This document shows positions 46,914 to 57,800 of a stretch of 64,000 nt of DNA, piece by piece. A program made the position numbers and the translations under genes. The notes beneath the pieces are model-generated. The model had not been told where the DNA came from. It did no database searches and saw only the letters and a program-made list of their open reading frames with translations. The DNA comes from Chitinophagaceae bacterium (lineage in GTDB: Bacteria > Bacteroidota > Bacteroidia > Chitinophagales > Chitinophagaceae), in contig JBAZUJ010000014.1 of assembly GCA_041661485.1 (NCBI GenBank), positions 9,102 to 73,101 of the forward strand. Direction: 5' to 3'. The stretch's first letter is position 1, and the number at the start of each line of letters is the position of its first letter.

Positions 46914-47499
46914 AGGACTGCTTATTCTTTTGACTTTACTATCCTGTAATAGCCCGGGTAATCTTTCTCCGGCTAACTATACTGCTTACCTGGAAAATCC
47001 TGAACATGATTTTTGCAGAAAAGTGGTGGTTGGTAACAATGAATATACGATTCAATTGGCTCCTGCTGAATACATGGTTTGTAAAGAAACGGAACAATCG
47101 GATTCTTCAAAACGGATAATGGCAGCACGCCTTAAAGAATTGGACGGCACTATATTTTTTTTAATAAAAATAGGCGCAACAAAGGAAAGCCGTATTCAGC
47201 AAGGAGGCAAACGAACGTCTGAAGAGCAAATTAATGCGAACGCAAAAGTTTCTTATTACGATCAGCTTGCTGTAAAAGATATTAGTCTGGAGAATGGAGA
47301 ACAAATGATCTATCCCTCTACTTATGTTTTTGAAAACAACTACGACCTGTCGCCCTTCAATACGATAGTTGTGGGCTTTGATGCGGTCACCACGGAGAAT
47401 TTGAAATTGACTTTTAATGACCGGTATACCGGTGTACCGGCTATACGTGCCTCTTTTTCCAAAGAGCAACTCACAAAACTACCTAAGCTTACTTTTTAA
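46897..47499 (+). CDS. hypothetical lipoprotein
   Basis: Lipobox LLTLLSC. Overlaps the upstream gene by 17 nt. Confidence 0.6.
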   Translation: MKKGIRGLLILLTLLSCNSPGNLSPANYTAYLENPEHDFCRKVVVGNNEYTIQLAPAEYMVCKETEQSDSSKRIMAARLKELDGTIFFLIKIGATKESRIQQGGKRTSEEQINANAKVSYYDQLAVKDISLENGEQMIYPSTYVFENNYDLSPFNTIVVGFDAVTTENLKLTFNDRYTGVPAIRASFSKEQLTKLPKLTF

Positions 47500-47528
47500 T
47501 TTATTGCGTATTTCATTAATCTAATTAT

Positions 47529-50500
47529 ATGAAAAAGAGGTTTTTCAAATTTATTGCAAAAGCGATGTTGGTTACACTGACTTATCAGCTTGTTTTCCCG
47601 GCCTGTGCCTATGCATTAACATCAGGCCCTTCACAACCGGAAGTTGAAAGTTTTGAACCTGTTGGGACAACAGAGATGGTGGATATGTTATCAGGTGACT
47701 TCAACTATAATATTCCTTTGATGGATGTGGAGGGATATCCAATCAATATATTTTACCATAGTGGAGTTGGTATTGAGCAGGAGGCAAGCTGGGTAGGACT
47801 TGGTTGGAATATTAATCCCGGCGAAATTAACAGGAGTGTACGGGGACTCCCGGATGATTTTAACGGGGAAATCATTGAAAAATTTACGAAACTTAAAGAG
47901 GAAAGAGACGTAAGGGTGGGGGTTGGAGCGAATATTGCAGCGGAGGCTTTCGGATTTGATCTCAGTAAAATGGGAATTGACATTTCTCTGGGTGCCGGGT
48001 TTTATGTTGCACACAATAATTATCGGGGACTGAGTGCCGGAGTTTCTCAAAGCATAGGAATTAAGGTGGGTATGGTTAGTACCGGAATTACCATGGGCGT
48101 TGGTTCACAATCTGGTGCAGATGTGGATTTGAATGTATCAGCTTCGATATCTCAGACATATGCGAGTGCAAATAACTCCGAGACAAGTTATGGTGTTTCT
48201 GCAGGTGTAGGTACAGGTTTTAATTCCAGAAGCGGGTTAAAGGACATTTCGTTGAGCATTACACCAACGCAATCGTATAAGTATTTAAAAACCAAAAAAA
48301 ATAGTGATGGGACATTTACTACAAAAGCCCATACTGCAAACGGTGGGAATGATGGAGGACTCAATGCCTCAATACCGGTTGGTTTGCAAAATTACGTACC
48401 GGTTATCACCAACCCAATGGTGCAGGATGCTTATGGTTTTCAACTGAAAGCTGGCCCTGAAGTATATGGAGGTATTGTCACACTTTACCTGGATGTGATG
48501 CTTTCTAATATAAAAATGGAAAACAATGGATCAAGGGACGGATATGGCTACCTGTATTCAGAGAATGCAAAGAAAGAAAGTATAATGGACTTTAGCCGGG
48601 ATAAAGACGGCGCGTATAATGAGACGATGAATAATCTTCCGCTAAGTACTAATACTTATGATATCTACTCAGTGAATGGACAGGGTACAGGCGGTATGTT
48701 CCGCCCTTTCAGAAACGATATCGGTACAATTCACGATCCTTATGTTGATCCGGGAAATGAAAGCGATAATTTCAGAGCATTGGTAGAAGTTGGGGCAACA
48801 AGTTTGTTTGAGGCAGGTGGCGATTTGACCACAGTAAGGACCAGGAATGAATGCGGCCCCTGGGGACGGATTGCATATGGAGGTGATAAACCCGGAACCC
48901 TATATGAGAAAGTTTTTTACAAACATGGGGGAGACCTTTCGTATAATCAACAACAGGAAACTCCACAATTGTTTAACCTGTCCACACAATATGTTGCCCC
49001 GGATTTGAATTCCCTTATCTCACACGGATTTGCAAATATTGGAAGTTTACCTGCAGAACATAACGGAACAAAAATATTCTGGAACAACAGTGTAATTGAC
49101 CGGTCTTCAAGGACAACTCACATAGGTTATCAGACTTCGGAGCAAATTGATAAAATACCCGAATTACCGCAATCAAAGAAAATAGTAAGTTATGAACCGG
49201 GTTCAGCCAATCATTTTTATGACCCTAAAGTAAAGGAATATAACAGGTCTTATAAATCTAAAGCAACGCTTTCAGGTGCCAATCACAACGCGGAACCTCA
49301 TCATATCAGTGTTTTTACTCAGACACAGGCAGATGGCAGGCGGTATGTTTATGGCATACCTGCTATGAATAATGCTACAAGAGAAGTCTCCTTTGCCGTA
49401 GACGAAAGTAAAGCAAATCTTGCGAATGGATATGTGGGTTATACCCCGGGCACTGACGATGGCCCCGGAAATGAAAAAGGTAGAGATAAGTATTATTCTT
49501 CGACCGGAACACCTGCCTATGCGCACAGTTATTTATTGACCAATGTTCTGTCAAATGATTATGTTGATATACTTGGGGACGGGGTAAGCGATGACGACCT
49601 TGGTTCGTTTACCAAAATTAATTACACGCTTTCTGACAGTGATTACAGGTGGAGAACACCTTATCACAATGATAGTGCCCAGTTCAATCCGGGCTTCAGG
49701 AGCGATAGTAAAGACGGCAAAGGTAATTATCTGGTGGGCTCCAGGCAGCAATGGTATGTACGTTCGGTAGAGACTAAAAATTACATAGCAGAGTTCTATA
49801 CTTCAAAACGAAAAGATGCGAAAGGAATACAGGCAGCAGTTTTACAGAGCGATTCAAAAATAAAAACGAACAAACTGAATTTGAAATCTGCTAAATCAGA
49901 TACCTCTTATTCCTATCAGCTGGATTCAATAAGGCTGTACAATAAACATGACCGGTATATTAATAAAGACAATGCCGTTCCGGTTAAAACGGTCGTGTTG
50001 CAATATGACTATAGTTTATGCAAAAACACACCTAACAGCACAGCTTCTACAAAAGGAAAACTAACCTTAAAAAAGATTTTTATAAAGTACGGCAATTCCC
50101 AAAAAAACCTCTTAAGCCCCTATACTTTTGAATATAACACATCGAATCCTGATTATAATTTTTCGGCAAAAGACCGCTGGGGAAATTACAAACTGGCATT
50201 ACCGGGTAGCCGTAACAATGAGTTTCCTTACACTGCGCAACCGAATAATTCTACAGAGGCAATAGATTTGAATGACCAGTTGTCTGCCTGGAATCTGAAC
50301 GATATTAAACTGCCTTCGGGAGGGAAAATTCATATCGATTATGAAAGCGATGATTATGCTTTCGTACAGGATAAGAGAGCGATGCAAATGTTGAAAATTG
50401 CCGGAGTGGGGAGCAGTAAGGAGTTCGCTCCAAAGAACTTTTTGTACACCGGACAAGACAATATTAATGACTATGTATACTTCAAAAGGCGGAAGACAAA

Positions 50501-53500
50501 AGAACGGGCAGGAGTTTCGATGAAAGACAATTACCTGGAAAATCAGGAAGTGATTTATTACAGTTTCAATTTAGATATTAATGGGAAAGGAAGCTATGAA
50601 AATATAAAAGGCTATGCCAAGTTTGATGAAGTGGGTATTTGTACCGGGAATGATGATTATGGGTATGTAAGGCTATTAAGAGATGAGGCCGGAAATGCAA
50701 AATTTCATCCCGCTACCGTTTATGGCATAAACACAGCCAGGTATTATATTCCTCACATTTTTTATGATGGCTATGAAGAAAGCAGTGATTTGAAAAAGGT
50801 TGCCAAAGGATTGTTTGCTTCAGGAAAAGAAATGTTTGGCACAATCATTATGAGAAACCCGTTCAAACGCTGGGTTGGAGAAAAAAGAGGAAGGATTTTC
50901 AATATTGATCAATCCTTCATCAGGTTACATGCGCCGGATTTAGCTAAAAAAGGCGGCGGTATCAGGGTACGTCAGCTAACCCTTTCAGATAATTGGTCGG
51001 CATTGTCCGGTAATGAATCAGCTACTTACGGAAAGAAATATGACTACACCACTTCCATAGGTAATTATGGTGTAGTCAGTAGTGGTGTTGCTGTTTATGA
51101 ACCTATGATCGGTAACGATGAAAATCCGTTTCGTAAACCTGTTTTTTACGCAATGGATAAAGGCCGGTTATTACCAGCTGTAAATTTTTTCCAGGAAGAA
51201 CCCTTTGGTGAAAGCTTTTTCCCGAGTCCGGGTGTAGGCTATAGTAGTGTTAAAGTAACAAGCATTCATCAGGAAGAAGGTCGTTCAGCACAATCTATGG
51301 ATGAACATTTATTTTATACTGCAAAAGATTTTCCTGTTAAAATCGACTACACCCAAATCGGTGGAGATAAAAATTCATCTCAGCGTAAATTATTCAAGTA
51401 CACCAAGAAGGCCGAAGTTCTACAGGGTTATTCTTTGATTTTTAATGATATGCACGGCAAGCCTAAAGCCGTAAATAATTATACGATTCATCAGGATGGT
51501 TCTTCTGTTACGATGAAGAAGATTACAGGAGTTGCCTATAAATACTTTACTGATGCAAATGAAAAGAACCTTGATAATAAAGTAACAGCATTAGTCCGTA
51601 ACAGAGGAACAACCGATGGTTATGAAATAAGACAAGTGACCCTGGGTCAGGATATTGATGTCTCAATTGATAGCAGGCACAGGAAAACGCAAACCACTAC
51701 GACGCAAACAAACCTGAATCTTAATGTTTTTTTAATCGGGATATTCCCAATATTTCCGTTTACTGTTTTTCATACAGAAAAAGAAAAGAACCTTGAATTT
51801 GGCTCATTGGTCACAACCAAAATTGTTCAGCAATATGGCATTTTGAAGTCAATTGAGCAATTTGATCACGACGCGATTACCAAAACAGAAAATCTTGTTT
51901 TTGATGCAGAAACCGGGGGTGTTCTGTTAAGTAAGACCAATAATCAGTACAACGATAATATTTACACACGGAAAGATCCTGCCTATCTGGCTTACAAGGG
52001 GATGGGGCCGGCTTACACCAATATGGACTACGAGGAAACAGCTACGCTTGTGGTCGATAATGCCAGAAATGGATTTTTGCAAACTTCACACATGGAGAGA
52101 TTTGGACCCGGAGATGAAATTCTGGTTGATATTTCTGAACGTCTGGGCATGAGACTTGTAACATCTTATCTCAAAATCTGGATATTGAACGAAACCGGAG
52201 GCCGTGTCTGCAGGAAAGATACTGCAATCAGTAATGTTGCCTTTTGGAAAGCTTCTGACAGCTTATGTAATTGCAGCGAAGGATATTATTTTGAAGCCAT
52301 CTCCGGTTCAGTTTCCGTTTCAATTTACAAGAGTGCCACACCAAGCGTATTGTTTGCATCCGGCACATTAAGCAGTTCTGCTGTTATGCCTGCGCCAGCA
52401 TGTACGGAGTCGACAAAATTCTTAGGATTCAATCTCCCTCCTGGCAATTACAATTATACTTTGAGTGGTTCCGGTATTTATAATACAACTGGGTATTCGA
52501 GTCCCAAATCCGGGACATTTACGGTACCATCAACAAATGGTATCAGTATCGGATTGCAAAATTGCAGACAGGATTACAATGGCCCGCAACTTTATACATA
52601 TTGGACGACCACAGCTTGTACGTCACCGTTCACTCCTTGCATTCGCACAGGCATTACGGATTCTACAGGTCCATGTTCTTATGCAGTGGCGCCAAGATTT
52701 AAGGACGAATTTGATGCAGCAGATCTGACAAAAAACATCAGCAAATGGCCGACAACGGCAAAGACATTTAGCAATGTGCCAATAAAAGTATTGCGATCTG
52801 GAAGAAGGAATAACCTGGACAAAATGGTTCAGCAAATTGTATTTGCGGATCCGGCTAACAGGACATCTTATCCAACAGATACAAGAGGATACTTTGAAAA
52901 GTATGATAACGTTATTTCTGCCGGTGCAAATACTTTTACCGATACGGCTCAGAACTATGCAGGATTTGAAGACTCTGTTGTTATCCCTTATTTGAAAAAA
53001 TACAGAAAACTCAATGCATTTGTATTAGGGCTCAATGGCAATTACAGACCATCGGCTTCTTTTACACCCATTACCAAAAGAACTTACGCAAAAGAGCATA
53101 CCCGGTTTAATGGAACTTATACCATTGATACTCCGTTCTGGGTTTACCTGGCTCCTAAATGCCCTTACAAATGTGCCAGCGGACAAACAATAATGTCGCC
53201 AAATGAATTTACACAGATTCCATTCTGGAAAAGGGCGTCAACCATTACACGTTATGACCCTAATGGGAATGCCCTGGAAGAAAGGGATGTTTTGGGTAAT
53301 TACTCCTCCGCACAATATGGGTATAACAGGTTATTGCCTGTTGGGGTTGCTGCAAATGTCCAGGCCCAGCATTTTATGTTTGAAGGCTTTGAAGATTACA
53401 ATATGCTACTGCCGCAAAATACAGCGGAATTGTATAAAAAACGGCAGCTGCACAGCCTGCTGGGTTGGCCATTTGCCGAACCGGTTTCCAGTGTAACGGG

Positions 53501-54158
53501 CGCTTACCCTTCCGAACAATCATCAGGAGACCCTGCCGTATTTACAAGAAGCGGACAACGTTTTTACCTGATGCAAAAAGCTCCTTCGGGTTTGGGGATG
53601 GAACTAAGCAATGATGCAAGCCATACCGGTAATTTCAGCCTGAAATTCACCTCAACGAAATCTATTGATTTTGCCATTGCAGATAATAATCCAACAGCAA
53701 TAAGCCCTTTCACAATGGATCATGCGCAGAACTATTTAGTCAACTTCTGGGCTAAGTCGACAAGCGGTGCTGCTATAACTGCCGCATCATTTACAGCAAG
53801 TATTGCACCGTCCTCTACCAGTGGTACTGTTAGCGTAAAATCAGGCAATATCGATGGTTGGTATCTGGTGCAGATTAATCTTGACCTGAAACTGATTACC
53901 TCTGTGCTTCCGCTTACTGCAACAATAGACTTTCCTGCAGATATCTATGTGGATGACCTGCGCTTTATTCCTTCTCAATCGAACATGAAGAGTTTTGTGT
54001 ACGATCCTATCACTTTCAAGCTGATGGCTCAGTTAGATGAAAATCACTTTGCCACATTCTTTGAGTATGACCAGGAGGGATTGCTGATCAGGACCAAAAA
54101 AGAAACCAGTCGTGGTATAATGACTATCAGTGAAAGCAGAAGATCAAACGCAAAATAA
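47529..54158 (+). CDS. giant secreted protein with SpvB/TcB-like N-terminal region and C-terminal jelly-roll + YD-like terminus
   Basis: Signal peptide. SGPSQPEVESFEPVG..MVDMLSGDFNYNIPLMDVEGYPINIFYHSGVGIEQEASWVGLGWNINPGEINRSVRGLPDDF parallels the SpvB/TcaC N-terminal signature (G..F.....tG.f.y.IPl...g..P.L.Y.S......G.GW.l....I.R...G.P.Y). The C-terminus is ...VDDLRFIPSQSNMKSFVYDPITFKLMAQLDENHFATFFEYDQEGLLIR... Confidence 0.75.
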   Translation: MKKRFFKFIAKAMLVTLTYQLVFPACAYALTSGPSQPEVESFEPVGTTEMVDMLSGDFNYNIPLMDVEGYPINIFYHSGVGIEQEASWVGLGWNINPGEINRSVRGLPDDFNGEIIEKFTKLKEERDVRVGVGANIAAEAFGFDLSKMGIDISLGAGFYVAHNNYRGLSAGVSQSIGIKVGMVSTGITMGVGSQSGADVDLNVSASISQTYASANNSETSYGVSAGVGTGFNSRSGLKDISLSITPTQSYKYLKTKKNSDGTFTTKAHTANGGNDGGLNASIPVGLQNYVPVITNPMVQDAYGFQLKAGPEVYGGIVTLYLDVMLSNIKMENNGSRDGYGYLYSENAKKESIMDFSRDKDGAYNETMNNLPLSTNTYDIYSVNGQGTGGMFRPFRNDIGTIHDPYVDPGNESDNFRALVEVGATSLFEAGGDLTTVRTRNECGPWGRIAYGGDKPGTLYEKVFYKHGGDLSYNQQQETPQLFNLSTQYVAPDLNSLISHGFANIGSLPAEHNGTKIFWNNSVIDRSSRTTHIGYQTSEQIDKIPELPQSKKIVSYEPGSANHFYDPKVKEYNRSYKSKATLSGANHNAEPHHISVFTQTQADGRRYVYGIPAMNNATREVSFAVDESKANLANGYVGYTPGTDDGPGNEKGRDKYYSSTGTPAYAHSYLLTNVLSNDYVDILGDGVSDDDLGSFTKINYTLSDSDYRWRTPYHNDSAQFNPGFRSDSKDGKGNYLVGSRQQWYVRSVETKNYIAEFYTSKRKDAKGIQAAVLQSDSKIKTNKLNLKSAKSDTSYSYQLDSIRLYNKHDRYINKDNAVPVKTVVLQYDYSLCKNTPNSTASTKGKLTLKKIFIKYGNSQKNLLSPYTFEYNTSNPDYNFSAKDRWGNYKLALPGSRNNEFPYTAQPNNSTEAIDLNDQLSAWNLNDIKLPSGGKIHIDYESDDYAFVQDKRAMQMLKIAGVGSSKEFAPKNFLYTGQDNINDYVYFKRRKTKERAGVSMKDNYLENQEVIYYSFNLDINGKGSYENIKGYAKFDEVGICTGNDDYGYVRLLRDEAGNAKFHPATVYGINTARYYIPHIFYDGYEESSDLKKVAKGLFASGKEMFGTIIMRNPFKRWVGEKRGRIFNIDQSFIRLHAPDLAKKGGGIRVRQLTLSDNWSALSGNESATYGKKYDYTTSIGNYGVVSSGVAVYEPMIGNDENPFRKPVFYAMDKGRLLPAVNFFQEEPFGESFFPSPGVGYSSVKVTSIHQEEGRSAQSMDEHLFYTAKDFPVKIDYTQIGGDKNSSQRKLFKYTKKAEVLQGYSLIFNDMHGKPKAVNNYTIHQDGSSVTMKKITGVAYKYFTDANEKNLDNKVTALVRNRGTTDGYEIRQVTLGQDIDVSIDSRHRKTQTTTTQTNLNLNVFLIGIFPIFPFTVFHTEKEKNLEFGSLVTTKIVQQYGILKSIEQFDHDAITKTENLVFDAETGGVLLSKTNNQYNDNIYTRKDPAYLAYKGMGPAYTNMDYEETATLVVDNARNGFLQTSHMERFGPGDEILVDISERLGMRLVTSYLKIWILNETGGRVCRKDTAISNVAFWKASDSLCNCSEGYYFEAISGSVSVSIYKSATPSVLFASGTLSSSAVMPAPACTESTKFLGFNLPPGNYNYTLSGSGIYNTTGYSSPKSGTFTVPSTNGISIGLQNCRQDYNGPQLYTYWTTTACTSPFTPCIRTGITDSTGPCSYAVAPRFKDEFDAADLTKNISKWPTTAKTFSNVPIKVLRSGRRNNLDKMVQQIVFADPANRTSYPTDTRGYFEKYDNVISAGANTFTDTAQNYAGFEDSVVIPYLKKYRKLNAFVLGLNGNYRPSASFTPITKRTYAKEHTRFNGTYTIDTPFWVYLAPKCPYKCASGQTIMSPNEFTQIPFWKRASTITRYDPNGNALEERDVLGNYSSAQYGYNRLLPVGVAANVQAQHFMFEGFEDYNMLLPQNTAELYKKRQLHSLLGWPFAEPVSSVTGAYPSEQSSGDPAVFTRSGQRFYLMQKAPSGLGMELSNDASHTGNFSLKFTSTKSIDFAIADNNPTAISPFTMDHAQNYLVNFWAKSTSGAAITAASFTASIAPSSTSGTVSVKSGNIDGWYLVQINLDLKLITSVLPLTATIDFPADIYVDDLRFIPSQSNMKSFVYDPITFKLMAQLDENHFATFFEYDQEGLLIRTKKETSRGIMTISESRRSNAK

Positions 54159-54168
54159 TCGAAGAGAC

Positions 54169-54873
54169 ATGAAAAAATCATTTCTGACAATTTTAATTTG
54201 TTGTGCATCCTGTTCAGGATTTGCCCAGGTTTTCTGGCCTTACACACAATTATTTAATCAATTGAAAACAAGCACACAATCACAAATGACCTACAATTAT
54301 AAGGTTATACTCATTGATGTGAAGACGGGAGTGGCGGTGGATAGTATGTTTGGGTTACTTGCCTGTAAGGACAAGAAATTCCTCGATAGTAACTCACTCT
54401 ATTTTATGGCAAAAACTGAAAAAGAGTATTGCAAGTTTGATCATACAGACCAGACTGCCATGGTATTTGACCTTAAAGATTTATCCAAAAAAATGAAGTT
54501 GCCTCTCATTGATGAGCCCAATAAAATGATTTCCATTTCAGAGGATTTTATTTCAGATGAAGGTGGAAAGATTGAATATGATTTCAGAAATAATTTCTAT
54601 TACCGCCTGAAGTTTACGCCGAAAAATCAGGCCCTTTATTATGGACATGTTGATTTCAATAAACAGAATCACAGTTTTATAGGGGCTTATCTCGAAATGG
54701 ATGATGTGAATCCTGTTGAAAACACGCACTTCCGAAAGGCAGTTTATATCTACAATGTCAGCTTCAAAGTCAATGATGCCGTATTCAATATGGCAAGGTA
54801 TTATACCATTAGAAAAGGGCAGCTTTCAATGGGAAAGCAATACAGTACTTATAAAATCACTAAAATACTATAA
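54169..54873 (+). CDS. hypothetical secreted protein between the two giant genes
   Basis: ATG 54169 gives the signal peptide MKKSFLTILICCASCSGFAQ and lies 10 nt after the upstream stop codon. The track start 54130 would overlap the 2209-aa CDS. Confidence 0.6.
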   Translation: MKKSFLTILICCASCSGFAQVFWPYTQLFNQLKTSTQSQMTYNYKVILIDVKTGVAVDSMFGLLACKDKKFLDSNSLYFMAKTEKEYCKFDHTDQTAMVFDLKDLSKKMKLPLIDEPNKMISISEDFISDEGGKIEYDFRNNFYYRLKFTPKNQALYYGHVDFNKQNHSFIGAYLEMDDVNPVENTHFRKAVYIYNVSFKVNDAVFNMARYYTIRKGQLSMGKQYSTYKITKIL

Positions 54874-54883
54874 AACTATTTTT

Positions 54884-57800
54884 ATGAACAGGAGATTATG
54901 GCTTATAATCGGATTGGTATTATACAATTCAATTTGTTTTGCGCAGGATTTCAAATTTTTCCCGGATAAGTTTACACGAAGGGTTTCCAGTGGTCAAATT
55001 GCTGCGGGTGGTACATTTCCATATCTGATGATTCAAACTGAGAATGACATGTGGGGTGATATGACTTCCGACCCTTTTTTCGATTCTAAGCATCAGTTTA
55101 AAAATGTCGAAGATATTGTTCGGGTGGGGATCCGGCACGATACGGGTGTTATCATTCCTGCGTACAAGTATCAGGTTAGTTTTGAAATTACCTGTTATGA
55201 TTATCATTCGCCATGGAGTCCTGTAATTAAAAATACCACCCTTGAGTTCTCTTATAACCCGGATTCTCTAACACAATATAAGGATCTGGTTTTATACAGG
55301 TTTACAGGATACCATGCTATTCAGGTTACAATTACAGGAATAGATGATGTGACTTCAGGACCTCCTTCATCGTTGGTGGCTGCTGCTATTGCCAAAAATT
55401 TCTATGTAGAATCAGAAGTTTCAGTCCATCGCTATGATCTTACACCACAATTTGTAGTAATGGGAAATAATCCTTCCCCTGATGGAAAGGAGTTGAAGGT
55501 CTTTTGGGAAATGTTTGACGTCGGATCTCCGGTCACCTGTCCTTTAACAACTCCGGGTGGCGGGAATGATTTTAAGCCTGCTATTTATGAATTGGAGTGG
55601 TGCTATATTGATGATTACCAATATGACTTTTCCACTAATGATAGTTCTTATGCTTTTTCAACTCCCGGAAATATTAATTATGATTTCAGGAAAAACAGTA
55701 CCAGGGTACAGATTAGTAAAGGCCGCTCATTCAGTATCCCATTAATTTACGAACATGGAGCAATAGTTTATCGTGTCAGAGCAATCAGGCCCGATGCTAC
55801 CCGATATAAAGATATCGAAATCGGGGGATGGACCCTTAGTGATTATGGCACGGTAGATGCAAGTGCATCCTGCTTCTCCAAAGAAGGGTTTTTAATTACT
55901 GATGCCCATTTGCATGATAGTATGAATTGGCAGTACACTATCAATTTTGCCGAAGAAGGGAAGTACAAGCACGTCATCAATTATTTTGACGGCTCTTTAA
56001 AAGACCGGCAGACCCAGACAAAAATTAATACCGATAATGGCTATGTTATAGCTGTTGATAAAGTATATGATTATGAAGGCCGGCCTTCACTTGTCTCTTT
56101 ACCAACCCCTGTTTATGGCCAGGATAACCTTCAATACCGTTCGGATATTTTATTGAATACTGCTACCGGTAATCCATACAAAGCAGCTGATTTTGATTTT
56201 ATAGGTTGCAGCCGGCCCGATTCCATACCTTATTTGTCCACATCGGCTCAGGCTAATATCTATTATTCTCCGCTCAACAGCGACCAGGCAGACATGCAAA
56301 AATTTGTTCCGGATGCTGAAGGTTACCCAATGGTTCAAACAATCTACTCGCCTGACAATACCAATAAAGTATTATGGCAGGGTGGAGCCGGACAGGAACA
56401 GCAAATCTGGAAAGGACATGCTACGCAGTATGAATATTCAAGGCCCAATCAAAAGGAAATTGACCGGTACCTGGGTACAGAAGTAGGTATAGCACAATTC
56501 TATCCGAAACAAGTTGTGACCGATCCGAACGGACAATCCAGTTATTCTATTTTAGACCCTTCAGGTAAAGTGGTTATTTCCGGGCTTCAGGGGCCAAGTC
56601 CCGACTCCTCACAAATTCCTGTTGATACCCTGGCTAATTTCGTAAGAGGCAAATCAGAGTGTGACGACTTGCTTGAAGGTTATACCCAGGAGAATTCAGG
56701 GAACAGTAAAAAAGCGCAACTACCTGCTTATAATGATGAATACGGAGACGGCACATTTAAATATAGCGTGCGCACGTTTCCTTTTGATACAAGATGTGCC
56801 GGTCAATACCTCTGGGTTCCGGCTGCTTATACAATGAAGGTGACTAACGATTGCGGTGTTATCAAAAATAATACTACAGGTATTGCGGGCGAACATAAAG
56901 TAACTCCTTCTGATGGTTCTGCTTATGAAGTTTCAAGCCAGGTCGTTACAGGTATGTCTAAAGGGAATTACCTGGTCAATAAGGAACTTTCCTTTTCGGA
57001 AAAGGAAGTGTATAATATGGTGGACAGTTTTGTTTATGCGAACGAACCTGCTTGCTATAATGACGTACATTATTTTATTAAAAAGACCATTGACTCCACT
57101 AAATTTCCCTGTGAAGGCTTTGTAGATACCAACACCAGCCATTGTGATCAGATGAAGAAGCTGATGATGGCAGAAATGTATCCGGGCGCTAAGTATGGTA
57201 AATATTTTAAGGACAGTTCAGGTGCGTTTGCAGGAGGTTACGATAATTCAATATTTACAACAAAAGTAAAACCTTATCTTACAACTGCTCCCCCAAAGAG
57301 TGTTGTTAAGTTCCTTGCCCGTACGGGTTGTGACCCTACTTTACAGGACACGCTGGCTCATGGCTCTGTTGATACTGCCTGGAAGTTTTCAACCAATTTG
57401 ATTGGTCCCTATGTTTGTTCAGTTTTTGATCCTATCCGGACCCGGGATTCTCTTACGCTATATGGAGGTAATATCACAGCAGATAATACACTTCCTGCCC
57501 ACTATAATCTCACTGCCGGGTATACCATACGCCATGGGATGTATTCGGGAGCCGCTTCATGGAAAACGAGTGTTTATATTGACAGCACAGTACCGCTTGA
57601 TATGGTATACGCTTATTTTATGTACGATGACGAGGCCGAAAATCTCATCGTTAATGGCGTGGTAAATGAACTTGATCATGGGATTTATTATTATTCTCAT
57701 GGCTACAATTACAATGTCAAAGGTTTTCATCATGGATATAATGATATTACCGTTACAGGTTACGATTGGCTGGCTATGCCAACAGGTGTGACCCCGGAAG

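Noticed and set aside
54130-54168. Track start (54130) for the 247-aa ORF
   Set aside because: It would overlap the end of the 2209-aa CDS by 29 nt and add a charged N-terminal extension ahead of an obvious signal peptide. ATG 54169 is preferred.
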